From: a virus
Lineage: Duplodnaviria; Heunggongvirae; Uroviricota; Caudoviricetes
DNA length: 64,000 bases
Reading direction: 5' to 3' (one strand)
Virus record (IMG/VR): IMGVR_UViG_3300032163_000007
Span: 21,587-85,586 of that record
Under the pieces are notes generated by a model that saw nothing but the letters and a program-made list of their open reading frames with translations, did not search any database and was not told the origin of the DNA. A program made the translations under genes and the position numbers. How positions within the stretch are numbered: position 1 is the stretch's first letter; each line of letters opens with the position of its first letter. Positions 44,312-53,723 of the stretch are shown here, piece after piece.

Positions 44312-45100
44312 ATGGGTACAGATATTAAGGTAGGAATTGGTTCAGTAGTGGTGGGGTTGGTTGTAATCGTAGCGATTATGATGGCCTTCTCCTCAGTTAA
44401 GTTCGTCGGTATTGGTCAGCGCGGAGTTGTGTTTAATAAGTTCAGCGGTGAGATTAGTCGTACATTGGGTCAAGGTGTTAACTTCGTTAATCCTATTACT
44501 GACAAAGTGAAGAAGTATGATGTTAAGGTCACCAAAGAGACTTATGAAATGGAAGGTCTGAGTTCAGACAGTCAAACAATCAAAGCTAAGATCGTAGTCA
44601 ACTACAAACTTCGCAGTGAAAAATTGATCAGTATTTACCAGAACATCCAGGGTGATATCTCTGAGACGGTTCTTGCCAATGCGGTTATTGATACCACTAA
44701 AGCAGAGCTTGGTAAGTTTACCATCGATAACATTGCTAAGAACAGAGAGAGTCTCAAGCTAGCTGTTGAAGATGCCCTCAAAAAGCGCATGTTCTCACAG
44801 GGTATTGATATTCAGAACGTAAGTATCACTGATGTTAACTTCAGTGCGGAATTTGAAAAGTCCATCCAGGACAAAATGATTGCAGAGCAGCAAGCTCTTC
44901 AAGCTAAGAACAATAAGGAAAAGGTTCGTTATGAATCTGAGGCCAAAGCCATTGAAAACGAAAAGATGGCACAGAGTATCAGCCCAATGGTTCTTCAGCA
45001 ACGTCTGATCGAGAAATGGGATGGTCACCTACCAACAACTATGTCTGGTGGTGGAACAGGTGCAATGAGCTTCCTAATGAATTTAGGTACAGCGAAGTAA
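44312..45100 (+). CDS. SPFH/band-7 (prohibitin/HflC-like) membrane protein
   Basis: N-terminal TM; SPFH core and C-terminal coiled coil 'AEQQALQAKNNKEKV'. Confidence 0.65.
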   Translation: MGTDIKVGIGSVVVGLVVIVAIMMAFSSVKFVGIGQRGVVFNKFSGEISRTLGQGVNFVNPITDKVKKYDVKVTKETYEMEGLSSDSQTIKAKIVVNYKLRSEKLISIYQNIQGDISETVLANAVIDTTKAELGKFTIDNIAKNRESLKLAVEDALKKRMFSQGIDIQNVSITDVNFSAEFEKSIQDKMIAEQQALQAKNNKEKVRYESEAKAIENEKMAQSISPMVLQQRLIEKWDGHLPTTMSGGGTGAMSFLMNLGTAK

Positions 45101-45120
45101 GTTACAGTAGTTAAGGTGGT

Positions 45121-45150
45121 GGTGATTAGAAGCAGGGGCACAAGCCCCTG
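45121..45150 (+). terminator. rho-independent terminator
   Basis: AGCAGGGGC-acaa-GCCCCTGCT followed by ATGGTTTTC. Confidence 0.6.
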
Positions 45151-45715
45151 CTATGGTTTTCACCGCATCAGATAAAAATAATTGTCAGCGGTGTCGTGAG
45201 ACACCCACAGTGTAGAGCATACGGCTGTGACTAAATAGGGGTAATATACATCCCCAAATAAGAATGATTGCAGGCCTGAAATGTCAGGAGGATGGACTAG
45301 AATGCTGTTATGCTCCCCATCCATAAATGGAAGCAACCGTGCTGACAATTAGAATATAGACGTGGGTGGTTTGCAACCTAGAAGCAATCAAGGCATCGCC
45401 TCTTAACAATGCGTACCCGGCCGAGTGATATGGTCTAAAGTGGCTATAGGCCACAATGATGGTTAAAGCGTATCACCTCCTACCAGTCGGCAGACTGGGC
45501 CCACGCTATCCTCTAAGGAGTTTGTAAGTGTCAATAGGTCAATGGTTTGTAGTGCTAATAGTTATTGAAAGTATTCTGGGTGGATTGTGCTTCGGCCTGA
45601 TGGAAGGTGATATAATTAGGGCACTGTACTGGATCCTCATTGGTATACTTAACGCTCTAACACTCTATATGAAATGATAATTAGAATAGTATGTTAGAAG
45701 GTGGGTGATTGTAGC

Positions 45716-45844
45716 ATGAAGAAAGTAGCAAGTATCGTATTGGTTATGGCAGTAGTGGTAGTCCTCATAGGATGCGCCCCTAAGGCAGCAGTTAGCGCAG
45801 AAGCAGTAACAGCAAACGCGGTAGTAACAGTAGACGCAAAATAA
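45716..45844 (+). CDS. small lipoprotein (42 aa)
   Basis: RBS AAGGTGG; signal peptide with lipobox 'VLIGC'; not in the ORF track (<60 aa). Confidence 0.45.
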   Translation: MKKVASIVLVMAVVVVLIGCAPKAAVSAEAVTANAVVTVDAK

Positions 45845-45858
45845 AAACAATGGTTTTG

Positions 45859-45886
45859 AGGAACCCCTGCGGGGGTTCCATTTTTA
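45859..45886 (+). terminator. rho-independent terminator
   Basis: GGAACCCC-tgc-GGGGGTTCC followed by ATTTTT. Confidence 0.75.
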
Positions 45887-45887
45887 G

Positions 45888-45961
45888 GCCCGGTTAGCAT
45901 AGAGGTCATGCAGCGGATTTGTAATCCGCCTACGGGGGTTCAAATCCCTCACTGGGCTCCA
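45888..45961 (+). tRNA. tRNA-Thr(TGT)
   Basis: D-arm GCAT-AGAGGTC-ATGC; anticodon arm GCGGA-TTTGTAA-TCCGC; T-arm GGGGG-TTCAAAT-CCCTC; CCA encoded. Confidence 0.8.
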
Positions 45962-45980
45962 CTTTCATTAAGGATGTAAT

Positions 45981-46415
45981 ATGAATCAACACAAATACAC
46001 GATTGTCAGTGGAAGAAGCGGCAGTGGTAAATCCACGTTCGCCGAGCTCTTAGCTGCTCAATCAGGAGTCAAGCATATGGAAGTCTCAGATATAGCAAAA
46101 AGAATTCAGCTGGCTACAGGAGAAAACTTCTTTGACATCACAGCTCAGGAGATTTTCGAAGGGTTAATAGTTGAGCTTGGTGACGAGCCTGCAGTTATAT
46201 CGGGTATACGACAACCGGAGATATATGATCTGCTTGAAGCCGCCCTTAAAGATATCTATCACATCTACTTGGATGTACCTTATAAAGTAATCAGAGAACG
46301 CCTACTCGGAAGAGGGGGTGCCGATTACAACATTGATGCCAAGCTAGATATGGACAAGATTCTTGGGACCGAGAACCTTAGAGACAAAGCACACAAAGTA
46401 GTAGATTTTTCTTAA
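45981..46415 (+). CDS. P-loop kinase-like protein (nucleotide or polynucleotide kinase family)
   Basis: Walker A 'GRSGSGKST'; 144 aa. Confidence 0.4.
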   Translation: MNQHKYTIVSGRSGSGKSTFAELLAAQSGVKHMEVSDIAKRIQLATGENFFDITAQEIFEGLIVELGDEPAVISGIRQPEIYDLLEAALKDIYHIYLDVPYKVIRERLLGRGGADYNIDAKLDMDKILGTENLRDKAHKVVDFS

Positions 46416-46565
46416 CTAGTATAAAGGAGTAATCATGAGTTCCGATTGCGCGAAGTGTATCTTCAGTTTCGACAAGGAATTTTGCGACAGAGGAGGTTTG
46501 TGTGGAAGTTTTATACGTAGAAGCCCACAGACTGTAGGAAGTTTTAAAGAGAAAAAGGAGACAGT

Positions 46566-47360
46566 ATGTCAAAAGCAGTAAAGTTAGCGTTAATTACCCC
46601 AACGGTCTATCTAGATAAGTTTGCTAGCCAGGGGGATATACACTTGATCCTATCTCATCTGATAGGAGAGAACACCTACACTGAATACTACAGGAAGCAG
46701 AAGAAGCTCAAGATTATGGACAACGGTTTGTTTGAGAACCACGTTGCTGAGCCCACTACAGTACTTCTCAAGAAAGCTGAGATTGTTGGAGCTGATGTTA
46801 TTGTCGCTCCAGATGTATTATATGATTGTGATGCTACTCTTGCCGAGCTTGACAAATTCCAAGAAGCCATGGCAAAGTCTAAGAAGAAGTACAAGGTCTT
46901 TGGTGTGCCTCAGGGTAAGAACTTAGATGACTACCTGAGATGCCATCGTGGCATGTACCTGAGAGGGGTGGACTTCATAGGTCTGTCTATACTCGCCGTA
47001 CCAAAAGCCTTCAAAGAGATCACTGGCACCGACGACATCAGTCTCAACAGAATGGTATGTATGAACTATCTTGAGGACCAGAGGATGGTTTTTGATGGTA
47101 TCAAGTATCACTGCTTGGGTCTGGGCTCCTTTGCTGGAGAGATAGCTGTAATGGCTCAACACAAATGGGTATATAGCAATGACAGCTGCAGCTTCTTCCA
47201 AACTGCTAATGTTAGACAGCTACCATACTTTGGTGGGTATGTTGTGGGTGGCAAGCCTGAGGCAAAACTTGAATTTAATATGATGTTAATGGATAGTGGG
47301 AAAGAAGCTGTAGCCCAGAAAAACATTGAGACTCTCAAAAGATATGCACAAAGAGCTTAA
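46566..47360 (+). CDS. tRNA-guanine transglycosylase-like TIM-barrel protein (DpdA candidate, DNA 7-deazaguanine transglycosylase)
   Basis: TGT-like blocks 'IMDNGLFE' (~DSGGFQ), 'DVIVAPDVLYDCDAT' (~MAFDEC), 'VFGVPQGKNLDDYLRC' (~GIVQGG..DLR), 'GVDFIGLS', 'LGLG'; no CxCxxC zinc site. Confidence 0.45.
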   Translation: MSKAVKLALITPTVYLDKFASQGDIHLILSHLIGENTYTEYYRKQKKLKIMDNGLFENHVAEPTTVLLKKAEIVGADVIVAPDVLYDCDATLAELDKFQEAMAKSKKKYKVFGVPQGKNLDDYLRCHRGMYLRGVDFIGLSILAVPKAFKEITGTDDISLNRMVCMNYLEDQRMVFDGIKYHCLGLGSFAGEIAVMAQHKWVYSNDSCSFFQTANVRQLPYFGGYVVGGKPEAKLEFNMMLMDSGKEAVAQKNIETLKRYAQRA

Positions 47361-47389
47361 GTAAGTTTTTATTCTTTCTAGTTTTATTT
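47358..47389 (+). promoter_or_regulatory. promoter-like motif TAAGTAAGTTTTTATT-N-TCTAGTTTTAT
   Basis: Copy of the recurring motif. Confidence 0.45.
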
Positions 47390-49018
47390 ATGAAATTCGA
47401 TGAAACCGTTTATTTACACGTAAGAAATAGCTTTGTCACTATAAAGTGCGAGTATATTACTGCGTTCCAAAAGCTCAAGAGAGAGCTATCCTTTCGTCCC
47501 ATGGGCTACAACTATAGTCCTAAGTTTAAGAGTGGCATGTGGGATGGATATATTCAGTTTGTTAGAGGTGACAAATTGATGACTGGGCTTCTACCTCTAA
47601 TCATAGAGGCATGCAAAGCCAATAAGTATCCATATAAAATCATTGATGAGCGCAAGGACCCCCTTAAAGAGCTTAATGAAATCAACCTCAGTAATGGCAT
47701 TACTCTCAGAGATGATCAGTATGAGGCCGTAGCTGAGGTAATTCATAACAAGAGGGGCATTGTGGCAGCTGCTACAAACGCAGGCAAAACATATATTGCT
47801 ACGGGCCTATATAAAGCTACAGGCCTAAAGACTCTATTCCTTACACATCGTGAAGAGCTCTTTACTCAGACCGAAGAAACCTTTGAAGGCATGCTTGGAG
47901 AAAAGATTGGTCACATCTGGGACAAGGACAACGACCACAACTTCAAGCTGACCATTGGAATGGTTCCCACAATAGCTAGGCGTCTTGAGAATCCCGAAGA
48001 AACTCTAAAGGGCCTGAAGAAGAGACTACTCGATCATAGTATAGAGTTACGTAAAGCCTGTGATGTGTTGAATAAGGTTGCAGGTCCTATTGGGATTAAG
48101 ACTTACACAGCTAAAGTAAAGAAGATTGAAAGCAATATGAAGAGAGTGCAAACTTCAGTTACTAACCTCACAAACAATATGGCCGCAGAGATCCAGAGAT
48201 GGAAAGATCTCAATAAGTACCTCTCTGAAGTAGAGATGGTTATAGTGGATGAAGCGCATCATAGTAGTGCTGAGACTTATGAGGATATTCTCTTAAAGTG
48301 CGACAGTGCATTCTACCGAGTGGGATTAACAGGTACTCCTGACTCCAAGGACAAGGTCAAAGATCTAAAGCTGAGAGGTTTGTTGGGGGAGGTCATATAT
48401 ACTATATCCAATCAGGAACTGATCGAGCTTGGAGTGAGCTCCACACCTACGATACACTTCCTTACTACACGTAAGCCTATTGTTGCTTCAGATTATCAGA
48501 GTGCCTATAAGTTAGGAATTATCAAGAACAGTGAGCGCAATGATCACATTGTTGAGGTATGTAAGAAGAAGCTAGCAGACAACAAGCCAGTCCTAATTCT
48601 AATCAACCATACAGACCATGGAGACCACCTGCACGAGTACCTCCTCAGGAGTGGATTCAAAGCCGACGATGTGGCGTTCATTCATGGTGGAAGCGTTGAC
48701 AGCCATAGAAAGGCAAAATTGACGGCTTTCAAGGAGGGTAAGGTGCCTATACTAATAGCATCTCTCATCTTACAGGAAGGAGTCAGCGTAAATAGCATAG
48801 GAGCGTTGATATTTGCCTTAGGTGGTAAGTCAAACGTACGAGTGTTACAGATTGCAGGTCGTGCTCTACGACTTAATAACTATGGCAATAAGGTGGAGAT
48901 CTACGACTTTTTAGACTATGGAGATCAATACCTGAAAGAGCATAGTAAGGAGAGGTATAGCACATATAAGAAAAGCTTCGGAGTAGAAGCTTTTGCAGAA
49001 GGGACACCAGAAGTATGA
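47390..49018 (+). CDS. SF2 DEAH-box helicase (UvsW-like)
   Basis: Motif I 'ATNAGKTYIA'; motif II 'VDEAHH'; motif III 'GLTGTP'; motif VI 'QIAGRALR'. Confidence 0.65.
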   Translation: MKFDETVYLHVRNSFVTIKCEYITAFQKLKRELSFRPMGYNYSPKFKSGMWDGYIQFVRGDKLMTGLLPLIIEACKANKYPYKIIDERKDPLKELNEINLSNGITLRDDQYEAVAEVIHNKRGIVAAATNAGKTYIATGLYKATGLKTLFLTHREELFTQTEETFEGMLGEKIGHIWDKDNDHNFKLTIGMVPTIARRLENPEETLKGLKKRLLDHSIELRKACDVLNKVAGPIGIKTYTAKVKKIESNMKRVQTSVTNLTNNMAAEIQRWKDLNKYLSEVEMVIVDEAHHSSAETYEDILLKCDSAFYRVGLTGTPDSKDKVKDLKLRGLLGEVIYTISNQELIELGVSSTPTIHFLTTRKPIVASDYQSAYKLGIIKNSERNDHIVEVCKKKLADNKPVLILINHTDHGDHLHEYLLRSGFKADDVAFIHGGSVDSHRKAKLTAFKEGKVPILIASLILQEGVSVNSIGALIFALGGKSNVRVLQIAGRALRLNNYGNKVEIYDFLDYGDQYLKEHSKERYSTYKKSFGVEAFAEGTPEV

Positions 49019-49977
49019 CTAAACTAGACGAAGTATACCAGAGACTAGCACTGCCGAAGGAATTATCCTTTGTCCGGGACAACCTACTGTACATGGTACT
49101 AGCAGGCAGCCATGCCTATGGTACCAATACTGCAGAGTCTGACGAAGACTTCAGAGGAGTTTGTATAGCGCCTCTGAGATACTATATGACCAACCAAGGT
49201 TTTGAGCAGCGTGAGGATAAGACCAACGACATCACTGTGTACAGTATTAACAAGTTTTTTCAGTTGGCTTCTGAAGTCAACCCGAATATCATTGAACTGC
49301 TTTTTATTGATCCCAAAGAGGCTGTTTATGTGCATCCTCTAATGGAGGAAATTCTCAAGAAGAAAGATATGTTTCTCAGCAGAAAGGCCGAGCACACCTT
49401 CTTAGGATATGCCTATGCACAGCTACAGCGTATTAGAACGCATAAGAAGTGGCTTGATAAGCCTCTGACGCAGCCAAAGCGTGAAGATTTCGGCTTGGAG
49501 CCAGTTCCACGTATAGCACATGAGAAGATCAAGGCGTTTTACACCCTTGGAGCTGACTGCTACAACATGGTAGGCAGTGACTTTGGTGACTATTTACGTA
49601 GGGAAGATGCATTCAACACGGCTCAAAGCTCATGGGATAAGTATAACGGCTGGCAAAAGAGCCGAAATCCTAAGAGATTCGAGTTAGAGAAGGCTTATTC
49701 CTACGATGTTAAGCATGGTATGCACCTTTGCCGTCTGCTATGTATGGCAGAAGAGATTGCTGTGGAGCGGACTATTAAAGTTAGACGTCCAGATGCAGAG
49801 TTCCTCTTAGATATTCGCAATGGCAAGTTCACGTATGAGGAAATCCTCCAATGGGCTGCTGATAAAGAGGCGAGAGTTAAAGCTGCGTTTGAGAGGAGCA
49901 GCCTCCCATGGGGTGTAAATCATGAGGCAATCAACTCCCTTTTAGAGAATACTCTAAGAAGTTTCTTTGGAATCTGA
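49015..49977 (+). CDS. nucleotidyltransferase-fold protein (Pol beta superfamily)
   Basis: 'LAGSHAYGTNTAESDEDFRGVCI' (GS...D.D signature). Confidence 0.5.
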   Translation: MTKLDEVYQRLALPKELSFVRDNLLYMVLAGSHAYGTNTAESDEDFRGVCIAPLRYYMTNQGFEQREDKTNDITVYSINKFFQLASEVNPNIIELLFIDPKEAVYVHPLMEEILKKKDMFLSRKAEHTFLGYAYAQLQRIRTHKKWLDKPLTQPKREDFGLEPVPRIAHEKIKAFYTLGADCYNMVGSDFGDYLRREDAFNTAQSSWDKYNGWQKSRNPKRFELEKAYSYDVKHGMHLCRLLCMAEEIAVERTIKVRRPDAEFLLDIRNGKFTYEEILQWAADKEARVKAAFERSSLPWGVNHEAINSLLENTLRSFFGI

Positions 49978-50003
49978 AAAGGAAGAACACAATCCGCTTG
50001 TGG

Positions 50004-50016
50004 CTATAATTAAGAC
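50004..50016 (+). promoter_or_regulatory. HEG-associated element CTATAATTAAGAC abutting the ATG
   Basis: Shared TATAATTAAG core. Confidence 0.45.
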
Positions 50017-50808
50017 ATGATTAAAACTGAAGAAGAAAAAAGGAAGATCTACGCAAAGATCTCAGCAACAAAGAGAACTCCTGAGGGCAGGAAGAGACAC
50101 GCTGAGGCCTTAAGGAAGTCAAAGGAGAAGTGGAAACAGACAAGAGCTAGAAATAAAAAACCAGCACATAATAAGCTACCTGATACAGCGAAAGTCAAGA
50201 AAGTGTGCTTAAATTGTGGTAAAGAGATGCTTGTACTGCCCTGCTATTCAGAAACTAAGCACTTTTGCAGCAGACTATGTGTGACCCTATACAGAAAGGG
50301 AAGGGTTCATGAGGGGTATAACCTTAACAGCCATCATGACAAGGGTCGTTGGGGAATTATAGGTAGATACCAGGGCATTCTATTTAGAAGCCTTCTAGAG
50401 CTCTCGTTTATTACAAAAAAACTAAAAGAGAGCCAAAGCCTGCAGTCAGAACCCTTTTCTATAGTGCTTCAAGACTATTTACAGGAAGGAGAGTTTAAGG
50501 CCTTTAGTATAAAACCTAGTACTCTATACTTTCCCGATTTCCTCGTAGATGGTACTCTTCTTGTGGAGATTAAGCCTAGCAACCAGGTGAGCCAGAATCT
50601 TAATCAAGCAAAGACGTTAGCTGCACAAAGATACTGTGATACGAGAGGCCTCAAGTATCAGTTGCTCACTGAGCACGACATCGATCCTCAATACTACTAT
50701 AATACAATGAAGTTCGTATCCCAGAGTCCAAAGGAGGATTTCGTTTGGTATAAAAAGCCTACTAATAAGAGGCTAATCAAACAGTTTAACATGGAGGGAA
50801 AATTATGA
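50017..50808 (+). CDS. putative homing endonuclease: zinc-ribbon N-region + PD-(D/E)xK-like C-terminal domain
   Basis: 'CLNCGKEM...FCSRLCVTLY' matches the HEG repeat family; 'FPDFLVDG...LVEIKP' looks like a D..E.K nuclease core. Confidence 0.45.
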   Translation: MIKTEEEKRKIYAKISATKRTPEGRKRHAEALRKSKEKWKQTRARNKKPAHNKLPDTAKVKKVCLNCGKEMLVLPCYSETKHFCSRLCVTLYRKGRVHEGYNLNSHHDKGRWGIIGRYQGILFRSLLELSFITKKLKESQSLQSEPFSIVLQDYLQEGEFKAFSIKPSTLYFPDFLVDGTLLVEIKPSNQVSQNLNQAKTLAAQRYCDTRGLKYQLLTEHDIDPQYYYNTMKFVSQSPKEDFVWYKKPTNKRLIKQFNMEGKL

Positions 50809-51365
50809 GAGTAGCAACATTAGTCCTAGCAGTCTGCATGACGCTAGGGAGTATCACAAGCAGAGGTGACGAAAAGGCGTCACCAAACCAAATCACCCAC
50901 CAGATTATTAGCGAGTACATAAAAGGAAACTATCAAGCAGTTAGTAGAGAAGATGTGCGAGCAATAGTGCAGACCACTACGATATTATGCAATGAGCATC
51001 AAGTTGATCCTTTTTTGATTACCGCGATTCTATCAGTGGAGTCTAACTTTAACAGGTACGCAGTTAGTAATGTAGGTGCGAGAGGGTTGGGTCAATTGAT
51101 GCCATTTAATTGGGCACCATACGGTATTACGGATCCCCATGATATCCACCAGAACCTTAAGGGGACGGTGCTTATGATGAAGGAGCTTCTGGCTTTTTGG
51201 CATGGCGACACCACTCTAGCGTTAGCTTCGTACTACCAAGGTATTGAGGCCACTAAAAGAATGGTAAGGAGAGGAGTGGCGTTACCACGCTACACTCTTG
51301 CGTATGTGGCCAGCATATCTCGAGCGTACAAGATTGTGGCACGCAGTGCACAAGCATCACTTTAG
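50805..51365 (+). CDS. lytic transglycosylase (SLT domain) with signal peptide
   Basis: 'LSVESNFNRYAVSNVGARGLGQLM' SLT catalytic motif; N-terminal signal sequence. Confidence 0.75.
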   Translation: MRVATLVLAVCMTLGSITSRGDEKASPNQITHQIISEYIKGNYQAVSREDVRAIVQTTTILCNEHQVDPFLITAILSVESNFNRYAVSNVGARGLGQLMPFNWAPYGITDPHDIHQNLKGTVLMMKELLAFWHGDTTLALASYYQGIEATKRMVRRGVALPRYTLAYVASISRAYKIVARSAQASL

Positions 51366-51374
51366 GAGGAACAA

Positions 51375-51539
51375 ATGGATCAGATCACAATAGTAGCATA
51401 TTCACATGGGGAAACGACGAGAGTTAGCTTTCCTGATGACGCAGATATCTACGAACTCGCAGAAAAGTTCAGAGTGATTGCATTGGGTTTAGGCTACCAT
51501 AATGAGAATATCAAAGAGATTCTCCCAGAAGCGGAATAA
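51375..51539 (+). CDS. small hypothetical ORF (54 aa)
   Basis: RBS AGGAGG; fills the gap before nrdG. Confidence 0.3.
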   Translation: MDQITIVAYSHGETTRVSFPDDADIYELAEKFRVIALGLGYHNENIKEILPEAE

Positions 51540-52237
51540 TGAAGGGCTGGCAAAAGACAAGTCTTATTGATTTTGGGGACGAGATAGTTTCGATGTTTTT
51601 CTATGGAGGCTGTAACTTTAGGTGTCCTTTTTGTCACAACAGGGATCTGGTGCTTAATCCGGACAGTTTGCCGGATATCGCCGAAAGCGATGCATTCCAG
51701 TATCTCAGTGACAAAAGAAAGATATACGATGGGGTCGTTATAAGTGGTGGGGAACCTACACTTGACCCCCGTATCGCTGAGATCTGTGGGATGTTTAAGA
51801 GGTCCGGCTTTACAATAAAACTGGACACAAATGGAAGTAGACCCGAAGTACTTAAGAGCTTGGTTGACGCCAAGCTGGTTGATTACGTTGCGATGGACAT
51901 CAAAACATCGCTTACTAAGTACCCACAGGCTGCACCTTTTATTGCTGCCGAGGATCTTGTAGCTGATGTCAAGCAGTCTGTGGGTTTTCTGATAAATGGC
52001 AAAGTGGATTACGAGTTCCGGTCTACCATATATCCTCCTTGGTTTGAAGCCGAGGACTGGGAGGAGATAGCTGAGTGGCTCAAAGGAGCCAAGCGCTACT
52101 ACTTACAGCAGTTCAATCCCAAGAATACTTTGGATCCCGAAGCTACGAAGGTAATTCCTCACAGAAAAGACTATCTAGAGATTAGAGCTGAGTATTTATC
52201 AGGATTTATGGATCTCTGCGAAGTCCGACTCATCTAA
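51539..52237 (+). CDS. nrdG: anaerobic ribonucleotide reductase activating protein NrdG (radical SAM)
   Basis: 'GGCNFRCPFCHN' CxxxCxxC cluster; 'ISGGEPTLDP'; NrdD is present in the same genome. Confidence 0.7.
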   Translation: MKGWQKTSLIDFGDEIVSMFFYGGCNFRCPFCHNRDLVLNPDSLPDIAESDAFQYLSDKRKIYDGVVISGGEPTLDPRIAEICGMFKRSGFTIKLDTNGSRPEVLKSLVDAKLVDYVAMDIKTSLTKYPQAAPFIAAEDLVADVKQSVGFLINGKVDYEFRSTIYPPWFEAEDWEEIAEWLKGAKRYYLQQFNPKNTLDPEATKVIPHRKDYLEIRAEYLSGFMDLCEVRLI

Positions 52238-52268
52238 AGTAAGTTTTTCTTTTCTTATAGATAAATGT
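52235..52268 (+). promoter_or_regulatory. promoter-like motif TAAAGTAAGTTTTTCTTTTCTTATAGAT
   Basis: Copy of the recurring motif; the nrdG TAA stop lies inside it. Confidence 0.45.
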
Positions 52269-53723
52269 ATGAAATACAATTTATACCCACAGCATCAGCA
52301 CGATTTTTTAGCCAGACTAGATACTAGCGTAAAAGCTAGAGGTGGTAACCTATTCTTTGTTGGTGGTTGTGTTCGAGATGCCCTTCGTGGTAATTCAAAT
52401 CCCAGCGATACTGATATTCTGGTAGTTCGAATCACTGATGAGCAGTTTAGAGAGGCTCTAGAAGAGTTTAAGAATACTCCATCATTTTCAACCATTACCT
52501 ACGACTTTGTAGGTAAGAGCTTCGGCGTGTACAAAGTTAGTGTGACTTCAAAAGTTGAGGGAGATTACTTCATCGGTAATGGTGTCAGTAGTGTTATTGA
52601 CTTTGCATTCCCCCGTAAAGAGGTAAGTACTGGTGACGGCCACAGAGACTTTGAGAATGAGTTTGATCCATTTATGCCCATCGAAGAAGACCTAGCACGT
52701 AGAGATTTTACTATGAACGCCATTGCTATCAGCTTTGATGGTAAGACCATCGTTGACCCCTTCAAAGGAAGAACTGACATTAACAAAGGCATACTACGAA
52801 GCATTGGCACTAATTCTATCAGTGAGGACTACTTGAGAGCGCTTCGAGGTGTTCAGTTCGTAGCTAGGTTTAACCTCTATATCAATGCTGATACTCTGAA
52901 GCAGATTCAAGACAATGTGTACCTAATTGATACTATTTCTGAGGATCGTATCCGCCAGGAACTGGCGAAGCTGCTTAAGGCTCCATTTGTTCATAGAGGG
53001 TTTGAACTCCTCAAGAATACTGGGTTGTTACAAGCCATTTGTGAGCCTCTATACAATTGCAACGCAAACAACAACTACAACTGGTTGCATCACAAGTACA
53101 ATACATACTGCCATACCATTCAAGCCATTGACAATTTGTCAAGAACCTGTGATCCTGTGGTAGCAGTTGCAGCAATGCTCCATGACATTGGAAAGCCTCT
53201 AACTGAGAGCGTAGATGAGTATGGAATCTATCACAACTACCGCCACGAAGAGGCTAGTGTAAAACTGGCCAAGGTTTGGCTGGAAAGCTACCACTACAGT
53301 AATGACGACACCGAACAGATCTTATGGCTGATTGCCAATCATATGGGACAACCTCATAGAGAGGCTAGTCCAGGACGACGCAAGCAGATCAAGAAGCTGC
53401 TGAGATCAGCTAAAGATAAGTCATGGGTAATCAACCTATTCCTACTAAAACAAGCAGACTCAAACGCCAGCCTGGACTTTGTTCATACCAATGAGGTCAT
53501 GGACTGGATCTCTACGATGACTGATATCATTGAGCAGCAAGAGGCATTCTCACTTAAAGACCTACAGGTGCATGGCTTTGATATGCTGGAACTTGGGCTT
53601 AAGGGACCAGCTATTGGTCACATGCTTAACAAGCTACTCACTGACGTAATTGAGGGAGACATTGTCAACGAAAGAGATGCTCTACTGGACTACGTGAAAG
53701 TTACCCAACTGGTTGTAGTATGA
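52269..53723 (+). CDS. cca: CCA-adding tRNA nucleotidyltransferase with C-terminal HD domain
   Basis: Head motif 'FVGGCVRDALRG...DTDILV'; 'RRDFTMNA'; HD motif 'AAMLHDIGKP'. Confidence 0.75.
   Translation: MKYNLYPQHQHDFLARLDTSVKARGGNLFFVGGCVRDALRGNSNPSDTDILVVRITDEQFREALEEFKNTPSFSTITYDFVGKSFGVYKVSVTSKVEGDYFIGNGVSSVIDFAFPRKEVSTGDGHRDFENEFDPFMPIEEDLARRDFTMNAIAISFDGKTIVDPFKGRTDINKGILRSIGTNSISEDYLRALRGVQFVARFNLYINADTLKQIQDNVYLIDTISEDRIRQELAKLLKAPFVHRGFELLKNTGLLQAICEPLYNCNANNNYNWLHHKYNTYCHTIQAIDNLSRTCDPVVAVAAMLHDIGKPLTESVDEYGIYHNYRHEEASVKLAKVWLESYHYSNDDTEQILWLIANHMGQPHREASPGRRKQIKKLLRSAKDKSWVINLFLLKQADSNASLDFVHTNEVMDWISTMTDIIEQQEAFSLKDLQVHGFDMLELGLKGPAIGHMLNKLLTDVIEGDIVNERDALLDYVKVTQLVVV

Noticed and set aside
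45665-45909. Minus-strand ORFs 45665-45850 and 45694-45909
   Set aside because: They are antisense to the small lipoprotein gene, a rho-independent terminator and tRNA-Thr. The low-complexity Ala/Val sequence mirrors the sense ORF.
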